This document shows, in pieces, positions 38,021 through 49,456 of a DNA stretch of 64,000 bases. The stretch covers positions 1,612,001 to 1,676,000 of the forward strand of contig JBLDXI010000025.1 of NCBI GenBank assembly GCA_047495785.1, read 5' to 3'. The position numbers and the translations under genes were made by a program. This stretch comes from Lepidodermella squamata. Taxonomy: Eukaryota > Animalia > Gastrotricha. The notes under the pieces were generated by a model. It was not told where the DNA came from and did not search any database. It saw only the letters and a program-made list of their open reading frames with translations. Position 1 is the stretch's first letter. Each line of letters opens with the position of its first letter.

Positions 38021-39374
38021 ATGATAAGCGAGCTAATATTCTTGATTTGTGCGTATCTAAGCATTGTAAACGGTATCGCGGAACAAAATGCAACGATTCG
38101 CCCATTCGATACCGATGTTGCAAGACTGAAAGCGTTACTTACTACGCAATGCGGGCTTACAACCAAAATTCGGCCCGTTGCGCGTTTCAATGAAACTTTC
38201 GAAGTGGACGTTTCCTTTACGGGATATTACTTTCGAGGTATCAACGAAATTGAGCAACAGTGAGTCTAACAATATAACCAGAGATTTTCTGTCTAATACA
38301 CCCTTGTATTTGTCAGATTCACAATTTACGGCGGTCTCTCTGTCGCTTGGAAACATCCTTGCACAAGATGGGATGACCTCTCTGAATTCGCACAAGTTGA
38401 ATTTTTCGAAATAAAGGGCAGCGAAACTTACATTCCGCCAATTGAGCACATCAATGCCATCCAAGGGTCTTATATACCAAAGTAAGATACAACCCAAGCT
38501 CATTTCGCTTCTTCAAACGTCTTCATTTCTTCGCTTATATAGCCTGGCTGAGAATTTACCTGTCTTCTACCACAGGAATGGCACAGTTTCACTATCGATT
38601 GTGTCCAACTTCGCCTCAATATGTCATTTCAAGTAAATAGACGAGTCTCGATCAGTCTTTTTTAACATGTTTTTTGTTCACGTGCGCAGTTTCGAAAGGT
38701 TTCCATTCGACATACAGATTTGCGACATGGCTTTCTCTTCCCATCTGAGCGAGACCTTGCTGAACTTTGGAAACCATTCTTTCAGTTTTTCTAGAATTGG
38801 AACATTCATTGGCCCAACAGAGGTCTGGAGGGTAGCCAATATTACCACAGAGCATATTTCGCCATCAGACGGGAAAGGCTTCCCACTACTACGCTTCCGA
38901 TTCGAGTTTCAGCGTCGATGCGGCATCTACTTGATCACAATGTTGTTCCCAAATTTTTGCCTGCAAATAGCAATCCTAGCTGTCAGCATCATGCCGCCCG
39001 AGTACCCGGATAGGCCTAATTTTTGCATTACAGTCGTTCTTGCTTACGCCGTGGCCCAATCAACAATAAGTGGTACAATCCCCAATTCCGCTGAAATACC
39101 CTTGATTCAGTTTTACATTGCCCACCAATTGGGAATGAGTATCATCTGCACAGTTTATTGCCTGATAGCGTGCCAACTTGCGGCTTTTGCGGAATACCGT
39201 CGACGAGTTGTTGTGTTCGAGTTCTCGAAATATTATTGGATCAAATTGTCAAGAATCCGCCTCATCGATGCGGCATTTTTCAGCATAACGCTAGTGACCG
39301 TCACGGCTGTTGACGTCTTTCTCGTTGTAAACATCTTCTACGATATGAAGCCTAGAGCAGAGTTGGGGATTTGA
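38021..39374 (+). CDS. Divergent Cys-loop channel subunit 6 (separate lineage, short M3-M4 loop), 4 exons
   Basis: Signal peptide, IRPV motif, spliced Cys-loop CHFN/FERFPFDIQIC, FQRR-M1, M2 PDRPNFCITVVLAY, M4 IDAAFF. Confidence 0.85.
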
Positions 39375-41033
39375 TTTTTCCAGATTTTGATTTTCACGAT
39401 TTTAGACCTTTTTGGCAGTGATTTGATTGACGCAAAATAGCTTGATTTCAGGGATTTTGAAATAAAATAGGGCAGTGAACATCGGGGGAAAATAGTGACC
39501 CGTATGCGCAAATTGTCGAGATGATCATAAGAAACTTCAATTTTTATGGGTTTAAACCCATCCTGGTCAAAAAACTTCTTATTTGACATAAAGAACATAA
39601 AGAAAGAGACCTAATTTCTTCAAACTTTGCTCATATGCTCCGGTAGGAAGTGATGTAATGTGAGTAATCATCAATGATTTAAGGAAAAACCAACATAATC
39701 CAAGTAAAAAACCAGTTGAATCTAGCAGATAAATCATTTACAAAGATTTCGACGATTTTGTTATTTGATTTTGGGATCAGGAAATGATTTTAGAGGGAAT
39801 GAGATTTGTTTCGATTTAGATTTCAAATCAAATCCCCAACACTGGCCTAGAGAATAAGCAGGACCCTTTTATCATTGAATTGTTAACAGTCAGCACAAGG
39901 CATTTTAATAACCTGTTTTACCTATATTTCGAATACGTCGAATATGTCGATTTCAATGTTTGTTTCATCTTGAACCTCCAGAATTCAAGCCTAATAGTCA
40001 ACCTTGGCGATTTTCGCCAGATTCTTCGCTAAATTTTCGATTTTTCAAAATGCAAGCATACGCTCAGATTTCACAGGGCACATACAATGGGGTGATTTTG
40101 ATATATCAAGAATCGAAGGATGGCGAGGTTCGAGTGGGGTACCATTGGGCCTGAAAGACGGGCACTCTCAGAAAATGGCATATGATTTCAATTTAAATGA
40201 AGCGGATTCGGTTGAGCAGCCACGAAAGTTCTACCTAAAATAAACAATTTCGACAACTTTACCGGCTATTTCATGCCCCGAAATAAGTTGTATTCATGTG
40301 CATGATACACATCCAGACTGGCCATTTCTTCGGCTAACGGTAACCCACTTATGGGCTCTCTAACTTACCGCCTTCGATTTTTGATAAGCCAAAGTCACCA
40401 TATATTCATGTCAAAGTCACCCCAATTTACGGTACATTGACTGATAGGGAATCGTTTGGTGTTGAATCCGCCTAGATTCGTAATCCCTGAGCTCGAAATT
40501 CAGCAGGAAAACTTACCGCCGGCATCTCATGGCGTCTTCCCTTGGAGTTTTCAAATCATTTCATCTTTTACACAGAAAAAATCCACCCTCTTTCATCGAT
40601 ATCTTTATTAATCAATATAATATTGATAGCTTTTGTCAGATTACAACTTCAAAAATCGTGTTCAAAGAGTGCGTAGAAACTGAGCGAAAAAAACGAGATC
40701 ATGTGAAAGTGAAGAAAAACGCTTCGAAAATGAGGTAGTATAGAACAGCATCCAATAAAGTAACCATTATTGCTTGAGCTTCGTAACACTGTGTTGCAAC
40801 ACTTTTCCAGTAATAGCTGTTATAGCACGTTATAAGACCAGAGTGGGAAGATGAAGAATGAGATTGAAAAATCACAAAGAAAACGACAACAACAAAAATT
40901 GCAAGTTTGGCGAGTAATCTCGATGTAGTGGTACCATGATGGATCCGGAAAAACATGTAACACATAGATCTGACGAAATCAAAGACGAAATTTTTGCCTA
41001 ATAGTGGACAACATTATTCGAATTATATAAGAG

Positions 41034-44000
41034 CTAGCGACACATTCCGCTTAGCGTTGGGCAAGCTTCGGCAGCCAAATGGCCAAAATTATCGTTGTAA
41101 GACTTGCGCAGCCTTGCAATGTAATCAAGCAGCGATCGATTCGTAGCTTTAGTCTGGTCGAACGCCATTTGGCAATCTTCCAGCTTGTGAATAGCCTGGT
41201 TATATTTTGTTCTCGTCGACTCTAATTCATCTACTGTTCTCTGGAGCCTCATTTCTAAAACACAATCTCTCGCCTCAGCAGCTGAGACGCCCCCGTTTTT
41301 CAATTTAGCGACCAATTCTTCGAGTTCTATACACCTAGCCGCCATTCTTTCGCGTAAAATGTCAAATTCTCGAGTGGCCTGATCCTGGCTCATTCTCGAC
41401 TGAACCTCGCGATCTGCCGCGTTTTCCAACTCGCAGCAGAGCTCGCAATTTTTACGTTTCAACGTTTCGATTTCGACACAGGCCTCACGTAACCGGCGGT
41501 CAAGCGATGCCATTTCGCCGGTGAGCTCGCGTTCACCTGATCGTGACATCATCAGCATGTTATCGAGTTCCTTCATGCGTTTCGAGACTTCCTCCAGCTG
41601 GCAGCGCAGTCGTTCGCGGTCTTGTTCGGAAATTTCGAGCCGCGAGTGCAGCTCTCGCACTTTTTCAGACGCATCGCTGTCTGCTGCTTGCAGCTGACGG
41701 CGAGTGTCCTCCAGTTCCTCCTCAGCTTTCTGCCATTTCTGCTTCCAGCCTCGAGTTGCCCGTTTCAGCTGTTCGTAGTTTGACATGACCTAAAATTAAA
41801 AATAAATCAATAAATTTTCAGCGGAAAATTCGGTGCGGAAATTTAGCTAAATTCCACAAATATTATGCAATTTTTATACTCTTTCGATCTCCTCAATACC
41901 GTGAGCCTTGAAAGTTGGCATGGATCTGAGTACAGTGTTGAATCAACCCATTTTCATTTCCCCTGGCCATTAATGGGCGATTTTGAGACGATGCGACGAA
42001 TGGGACTATGAGCGGCCTTTCCTGTCACTGAAGCTATTGGAAAACTCCTTAATGATACTTGTCCTTGTTGAAATGCTGGAGAATTAATGTCAAGATATTT
42101 TGAAATCTTCGTGCCAACGGAGCTGAGTGCTCAGACTCGCCCCGGCGAGGTTACCGCAGCATGCTTCAATTCCGTTTGAAGCTACATGTCGCGCGAAAAG
42201 TCGTGCTCTTAAGCCGTTTGTGCGTTTACCCTTTCGTGGAAGAGGCGGTTTAAGTTTGAAACGGTTCGAAAATGCGGTTATTACTTCTCATGACTTAGGT
42301 ATCATATCTTTCATCGAATTTTCATTCGTGCTAGTTCGCGTTATTTTCGTGGTCTGCGTGTCTCATCGCACACCAAAATCAACTTGAGTGAATTCGAGGT
42401 CGCTATTGCCGAGGTTTTTGCTCCGGAAAACGATATTGCTACAACTCAACAACCCACCCTTTCGCGATAAAAATATACTCGCCATCATTAACCCAGGTTG
42501 TAAATTAAGATAATGTCGATAATTCGGGTTGTGACAAATTTCGAACCTCAATTATGGCTGTACTTGTTGTTGAATCAGTCGAGCATCAAGCCCGAGGTCA
42601 CAAACTCGAGGAATTTAAGAAATGCGACCATGACAAGAAGATAACCTGCCGCAAATGCGCTCAATCAAGCCACGAGAAGAGTCGCTCATTAGTCTGTAGT
42701 GGACCCCAACGAGCGATCAAAAGGCTCTGTTCGCTCTGTTCACACTTTTTCTTTTGTTATTGCCTTTTCTTGAAAATTAGCTAAATGATGCTGACAGTTT
42801 CCGCCGATGATTGAAGGGGTGAACTACTTCAAAGCTACAACGTGTCCCATAAGTAATGCAAACAAAGGAAAAACGGAAAAGGGATCAGAAACTCTAAAAT
42901 GATAAGGGGAAATCGTATCTTATGGCAAAGAAAAATCTATAGTGCCATAAGAATAGTAATGACGTGTGTCTCTTGTGAATGGATTGAAAAAATCCGAAAA
43001 AATTTGATCAAACCAGGTAAAAACCGAAAATTACCGAACCCATTACCATTGGGGTTTTCAGGGTAAACTTTCAATTTCTTGGGTAAAATCGATGATAAAG
43101 GATGGAAGATTCCATCAGTGGGCCTTCCGCGAGTGCCGAGAGGCAAAGGTTGCAAAATAAAATCTTTTTCATGCCATTTCATAAAATATGATCAATTCCG
43201 AAAATAATTCCAAAATTAAAAATTGGACACGCTGTAATATGAATGACCTTTGAAATTTTTCGCTTTGATGATCCATGCGAAGCCGAAAGATTATGTAATT
43301 AAAAAGCAAACCTTTGCTGATTTTTTACCTTTCAAAAAAACATGGTTTTCTCCCCACGTAAGTCCATACCCATCTAATTCTCCAAGTTAAATTCCAATTT
43401 TCGAATAATAAGGCAATAACATTTCACATTTCGATGGGACAATTTGCAAAAAAATCACTCACCTCCTGAGCATCTCGACCGTATTTTTTCTCCACATTGC
43501 GCAGTTGAACTGTCAATCGCTCAATATCACCCTCACGGGCATGCACCTGCCGCTGAAGCGCCGCCCGCGTCGCCTCACATTCAGCCAACTGCTTCGATAG
43601 ACGGCAATTTTCAGTCTCAAGGTGCAAAATCTGCCGTTTCGCTCCCTCCTTCTCCGCCTCGCTTGACTTGAGCCGACCAGTTTCAACATCAGCAGTCCTC
43701 AGCAAGTCTCGCAAATGCCGATTCGACTCTTCAAACATTTCTAAACGGCGCAACAACTCGTCTTTCTCACGTTTCAGAGCCGCGACCTCACAAGGGTTGT
43801 TGTTCGAGAGATTTTGCGAATTATCCGAATTTTTAAGCTGGAGTTTCCGAACAACTTCTTGCAGCTCAGTGACTTGTCTAGCCGCAGCCCGGCTGTCGAG
43901 TTCAGCCTCGCGAAGTCTAGCGGCCAACTCGCGCCGGCTCACCTCCAACTCCCTCGCCTCAGCCTGCGTACTCTCGAGTTTTCGCTCCAAATCTTCGGCG

Positions 44001-44413
44001 GACGCTGAGCGCCGCCTAATTAAGCCGCACTCGTGAACTGACTCGCCGCTATACTTCTGCTTAGCCACCTGCCGGCCATGCGTATCGACGCCGTCGTAGA
44101 AGTGCGCTCGACGCGTTGTTTCAGACCGAGACGACGAGCGATCGCGTTCGCACTCGCGCCGTCTGCCCGCTCGATCGTTATCAACCGGGCTAGGGCTTGA
44201 GCTGTAAATGCTCGAAGTTTTAGCCACGCGGTTAGCCGGCACTGAACCGGGTCGAATCGGGCTTGACGTTAACGGGCCGCTGCTTGGGGGTCGGCCGCGT
44301 TCTCTCAGCGCTCGGTCGACACTTCTCGATAGAGCAGGGTCCATTTCTAGCCGATGGCTCTGACTTTTCCAAACTAAACGGGGACTTGTAGCTTGCTCAG
44401 GCTCGGCCGGCAT
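41034..44413 (-). CDS. ODF2: Outer dense fiber 2 / cenexin-like coiled-coil protein, 2 exons (intron 41790-43462)
   Basis: Coiled coil containing EKDELLRRLEMFEESNRHLRDLLR and C-terminal LRKSYNDNFG, both resembling ODF2-family motifs. Phase-0 GT-AG intron joins the two ORFs. Confidence 0.7.
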
Positions 44414-44717
44414 ACATTAGAATAAAACACCTAATTTTCAACGAAAAATACACCTTTCGTCACCGATTTTTTTTGCATCAAATTACAACCAGAAAAAAAA
44501 TAGGAATGGTCTAGCCAAGTCTGTTTTAACGTAGCGTAAAAGTGAGCTGTGGTTCTGTACATTTAAACACAAAAGATAACGAGCAGCCAAAGAAAGACTG
44601 AAAAGAAGCTTAAAACTGACGCAAACCCAAAATTCGTCGTCATTCGACAGAGCTGCGCGAAAATTAGGGTCTGAGTGACAAAAACTTTCAAATCTTCAAA
44701 AATCATGCGGATGTTTG

Positions 44718-46634
44718 TCATCTTTCTAGGCCAATTTCTGCGTTAATTTGTTGCAAATACCGCAAATCCAACGGCGCTACTCGGTGTTGTAAATAATTAA
44801 CAGCCTCGCATGACCGGGAAGAAATGGCCCCGAGACTTATCGCCAGTTGGTTCAGCGCAAAATTAGCACCAACGGCTGATGTGAAATTTGAAGCGTTCGA
44901 TTTATTACTCCGATCTCTCGTCAGCCACTTCACTGATTTCCGCTTTTTCCCGAATTTTTTAATGCCCCTCGAAATGGTCGAGTCAACGGTTGATCGCATC
45001 CATTGGCAAACGGGGAAAATGTGTCCTTCTGTTGTGAAAACTATCCGCTCAGCGTGTTGATTCAACGGGTGATCAGTATCAAACAATAAATATAAATATT
45101 TCAAAGTCTCTGATAAGAAAAATGATTCCTGCCTGTCCTCCAATTCCATCGTTTCAACGTCGTGAACAGTGGCGAACCCGCATTTGGCCTTGCAATGATC
45201 GTTTAAACCATTGACTATTAGCCGTCCAACTGAAAGATAGTACGGATTTTTCGTAGCTTGATATAAGAAATACGTAGATTCGGCAAATTCAGGCCGTAGA
45301 GGGTAGAATTTCACATCTGGCGCTTTCATTCTGTAATTGAAGCGTTCGGGTAACACGCCGTAGCGTCGCCAAATCGCGGCGTAGATGGCGTGTTGACAAA
45401 TTGCCTCGTGTACCTCGCCACCCAGAGTTAAAATAGCCGGAAATGCGGCCTGCAATGCGTCGATCCAATTATTAGCCATTTCCGCTGACCGGTAGTCGAC
45501 ATTAACATAAATAGGAGTAGTTCCTGAGCCCAAATGACACCTCGGTCTGCCAACTCGCATGTGTTGTCTGACTGAAGACATCAGTGTGTCATACATGTCT
45601 AGTAGCTCATGGTCATCACTTGTTGAAAACAAAATATGAGCTTTTAACAGATATTCATATAAAGAATCTAATCCAGCGCCAACTCCGGACATTGCACCAG
45701 TAAACACTCCGGAACTAATATTTAACACAGTACCCAACAGGCCGGTTTTAGGATGCCTCAACTTGTAAATCTGGCGAATTGCACGCCTTGCAGACAGTTC
45801 AAAAATAGGATCACCGGTAAGTTTGCTCAATACTCCAAATTCAAGCAGAAGAGTTCCAGCGCCGGCTGTTGCAGTTTCTTCGGAGCAATTCACCGGGACA
45901 CCGTATTTCAAGTTGACACGAGGCCAAGGAATACCCAGAGGAATCTTCTCGAATGCAGGCAGAAGTCGCACACCCAGTTCTCTTGCTAAGCTGAGAAGCT
46001 CATCATCGTAATCAGGCAGTCGGAAATCATTTCCAAACAACAAAACACGGTTTGGATGGGTCATGATAATATGAGCAGACAACAGACCGCCCATGATTCG
46101 AATAGTCGATTCGAAAACTTGAACCGTTGCAGGGTTGAATGTGAAGTTGCGAATGATCAAGTTAACACCCCGCTGAAACTCTTTAACATCGCCAATGACA
46201 GCGAGAGTATCCAAAGAATCAACAAGAGTAAGCATGTAGTCACCGAGAGCGTCGTTAACGTTGATATTATCAGGACGTTGTTTGTCTGACCCTCGTCCAG
46301 TGCAGTATATCGGATTGAGTTCATCGAGAGGGAAAGCATGCTGAATGTAATTGTCGTAACCGAAATAGAACATCTCTCTAACTTTCTCCCGCATTTCAAT
46401 TCTCTCATCGTGAGTGACATAGGTTAGTTCGATGTCTTCTGTGACATCTGGAGACCAACAATGGGCTGGCGGCCGAGAGGAAGATTCTGAACGATCCGCA
46501 TAAGAACATGGAGGGCGTAAATGTCGGCCGAAATCGAAAAATGCAGCGGGCCAAGATGAAGTTAATAGCGATGGCCCAATTAAAACTGACAGTATAAATA
46601 CCAGATGTGCAGACCAACAATACTTAATTACCAT
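44718..46634 (-). CDS. EDEM1: ER degradation-enhancing alpha-mannosidase-like 1 (GH47), intronless
   Basis: MFYFGYDNY..HAFPLDELNPI.C.GRG, NINVNDALGDY.LTLVDSLDTL, QVFESTIR.MGGLLSAH, FYPLRPEFAESTY and EDRQESFFLSETLKYLYLLFD. No EDEM3-type PA domain. Confidence 0.92.
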   Translation of the reverse strand: MVIKYCWSAHLVFILSVLIGPSLLTSSWPAAFFDFGRHLRPPCSYADRSESSSRPPAHCWSPDVTEDIELTYVTHDERIEMREKVREMFYFGYDNYIQHAFPLDELNPIYCTGRGSDKQRPDNINVNDALGDYMLTLVDSLDTLAVIGDVKEFQRGVNLIIRNFTFNPATVQVFESTIRIMGGLLSAHIIMTHPNRVLLFGNDFRLPDYDDELLSLARELGVRLLPAFEKIPLGIPWPRVNLKYGVPVNCSEETATAGAGTLLLEFGVLSKLTGDPIFELSARRAIRQIYKLRHPKTGLLGTVLNISSGVFTGAMSGVGAGLDSLYEYLLKAHILFSTSDDHELLDMYDTLMSSVRQHMRVGRPRCHLGSGTTPIYVNVDYRSAEMANNWIDALQAAFPAILTLGGEVHEAICQHAIYAAIWRRYGVLPERFNYRMKAPDVKFYPLRPEFAESTYFLYQATKNPYYLSVGRLIVNGLNDHCKAKCGFATVHDVETMELEDRQESFFLSETLKYLYLLFDTDHPLNQHAERIVFTTEGHIFPVCQWMRSTVDSTISRGIKKFGKKRKSVKWLTRDRSNKSNASNFTSAVGANFALNQLAISLGAISSRSCEAVNYLQHRVAPLDLRYLQQINAEIGLER

Positions 46635-48204
46635 CTGAACCTAACAATGCAGTAATATGACATTTTTGAAAACAAGCTTTGTGTATTTTTGAGGTTTTCA
46701 TCAATAATAAATCATTCCAATCTACAAAAGACTTCTAAAAATTAAAAATAGTAATAGGCTAATCTGCATAATCAGCTAATCTGCTAATTATGCTTGCAGA
46801 TATGATAAACGTTAACGAGAATAAATTTGAAACGACTGGGGGAAGGAACACAACAGCCTTTCGCTCTTCAAACGAACGGAGATGAGCTCCAAGGACGCTA
46901 CTTGAACGCAAACCCTGAGCAACTGCAACGTAAGACGCGCGCTTTTCAAATTTTAAAATACGTAAAAATTCATATATGTTAATAAGTATATACTACTGTG
47001 AAATATGATATGTTTAAATTTAGCGGCCAAAGACATTATTTAAAATTTGCCGCTCATTTTTCTCAGAATCTGCTCGGGCGATTGGCGACTTCACCTGCCG
47101 GGCGAGCTCTCCTCCACAGTGTAAGAGACCCGGAGACCAGGCATGTCGGCATTTGCACCTAGTTACCAGTTACCAATAAGAAATTAATTGAGTGCCGATA
47201 TCACCAAATAAATTGCAAATTTACATCAGAATACTCGGAACCCCAGGTGATAACTTGTTCTCTGAATCGGCATTTGAGACGCAGTCAAAAAATAATTCAG
47301 CAGCTCCGTTCGGTACTTGATGATTTGCGGTAGGAGTTGAGCACGGTCAGAGACAGCTGGTATTGACCGATTTTATACCTGAAAATTACGATGTATAAAG
47401 ACTAGTGCCTGACAAGTGACAAGCCTTGAATTCAGTTTTCCCTGTGTCTGCTTGCTGCTTGGTAAGCATCGGCTTTCTAGCGACATTATAAGCGCAAAAA
47501 GGTAAAAATTGGATTGTTCAATCATAACCATCGGAACGTTAATCGTAATTTTAAAAGTTACTGTATACGGCTTAATTTTCGTTTTTGGCGTTTTGGGGGC
47601 CTAGGTATACTTAATATATACTTAATTTTCATGTTTTTATTTTCGTTTTCGCCTCGCACGATCAGCATTCTCCTTATGGGTGTTTTTATTTTCGTGATTT
47701 CCCAAAAAATAACGAAAATTTGCATTCGAATGATGATAATTTTTGATGGTTGCCAGTTTTGAAACTTTCATCATCACTCAAAACCGAATTACAGGGTTTT
47801 CTTCATATCATTCCAAGCCTAGTTGAATCGGCAGAAATTCTTCGAATAAATAGTTTCCGAACCAAGTCGGCTTTTAGATGTTACATGTTGCTTTTTACTT
47901 GTATTCTCTCATTCTTAACACACATAAATCCGAATTTTTAAACAACGACAACAGCAGCATAGCGCAGCCGTTCCTCTCCGAAGCAGAGAAACTCGCATAC
48001 AATAGGGCAGTAAATAACACATAACCAGCCCAGGAGAACAAGTAGGTACTCCAGGAAATAATTTGTATTTCCAAAATGACAAACATTTCCCGACAAATCC
48101 GGTCGCTTTTAATTCTTTAAATTACGGCCTTTATTTTCAGATTAGGGTTTTCACGGGTAAAAAGAGGATGGGCTAAGTTGAATAAGAAACAGTAATTTGA
48201 TTTT

Positions 48205-48633
48205 TCACAGCGCTCGATGTCCGAAAAGGCGAAGCTCAAGATAAAGTAATACAACATCAATAAAAGTAACAGTTCTTTCGTATTTATTATTATGTAAGAC
48301 TCCTGTTTTGTTTGACGGAGTGACAAAATGTGTTGCTTTTTCTTGGGTCGTGTCCCAATTGAGGTTTATTGAGTGCTCATCATTTATATTGATCCCGAAA
48401 ATTCGGTCTCCAATATAGCGAAGGAAGTTAGATATAAAACTAAGGTCAACGCCGCCCCCATGTGCTTGTCGCCGCAGCATTCTCTGGTTGCGCTGCGTAT
48501 TGTTTCTGGCAAAATTCGCAACCCAGGGCTCAACCACCTCACGTATTCCCAATTCCCTGGCCCCAAGCACTGTTGGCAGCAACGCCGTTGCAAGGAGGAC
48601 GACATTGAACAGTAGGCAATTGTTGGAGAACAT
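48205..48633 (-). CDS. Orphan predicted secreted protein / peptide precursor
   Basis: 142-aa ORF with a signal-like N-terminus (LLFNVVLLATALLPTVLGA) and an RMLRR basic site. No recognisable domain. Confidence 0.45.
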   Translation of the reverse strand: MFSNNCLLFNVVLLATALLPTVLGARELGIREVVEPWVANFARNNTQRNQRMLRRQAHGGGVDLSFISNFLRYIGDRIFGININDEHSINLNWDTTQEKATHFVTPSNKTGVLHNNKYERTVTFIDVVLLYLELRLFGHRAL

Positions 48634-49456
48634 GTTTCTTTACCGCAATGAGAATGATCCAGTTGAGATAAGAGGAAATTAGATGTCAAAATTACGAGAA
48701 ATCCTAAGAGCAGCTGCTTGAAACAATTTTTGGACAGGTAGATATTAGAATACATATTAGCATTCATTGCTAAATTTCCACGCCTCTGCTTCCAGTGAAG
48801 AAAGAACGAACGTGTCTTGCTTAAGAACTGTTAATTGTATTACAATAGGCATTCTGTACAACGCAGTGCTATTATATTACATACCTATTTAAAGTACCGG
48901 GGTATACATTTAATATTGTTGCTGCGTTTCGTGCAAATGACATAATGAATAAATGAAAAATTTCGTTATTTTCATTTTCATTTTTATGACAAAAATTGTG
49001 TTTATTCAGTGGCGTCACTGTAATAATGTGGTGAACTCTGAAAGGGCAATTAGGCATTTGAAAGCAGTGAAATATAAGCGATGTCCAATTCATCCTCATT
49101 TCATCAGCAAGGAAAACGTCACTGTAACCACCGTTATGAAAAAATAGAATCTTTAATACCATTTCTGATACCGGGACTCTAGTCAAATTGGGTAATTATT
49201 TCTCTTGGCACAGATGTAGCCTTCATCTGTTATATCTCAACATTTCGAAATAAAGATTATTTCATCAGTTTATTTTACTTTAATCAAGGCGCGGTTCGGC
49301 TCAGGATAAAATAGAAAGCACATGCAATCATTCGCGCTCGAATTGTTCAAAAATTATAGCTTTGCACCACATGAACCAAGATTATCAAATTATCATTAAT
49401 TTTAAAATTTATTCACGATGTACAAGTCACAAGGTAATAAAACAAATTAACGCGTC

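Noticed and set aside
42990-43090. TE/MITE-like low-complexity motifs in long introns and spacers (also ~37610, ~47570-47720, ~62690)
   Set aside because: They are suggestive of decayed non-autonomous elements, but no termini, TSDs or coding remnants could be defined without a repeat library.
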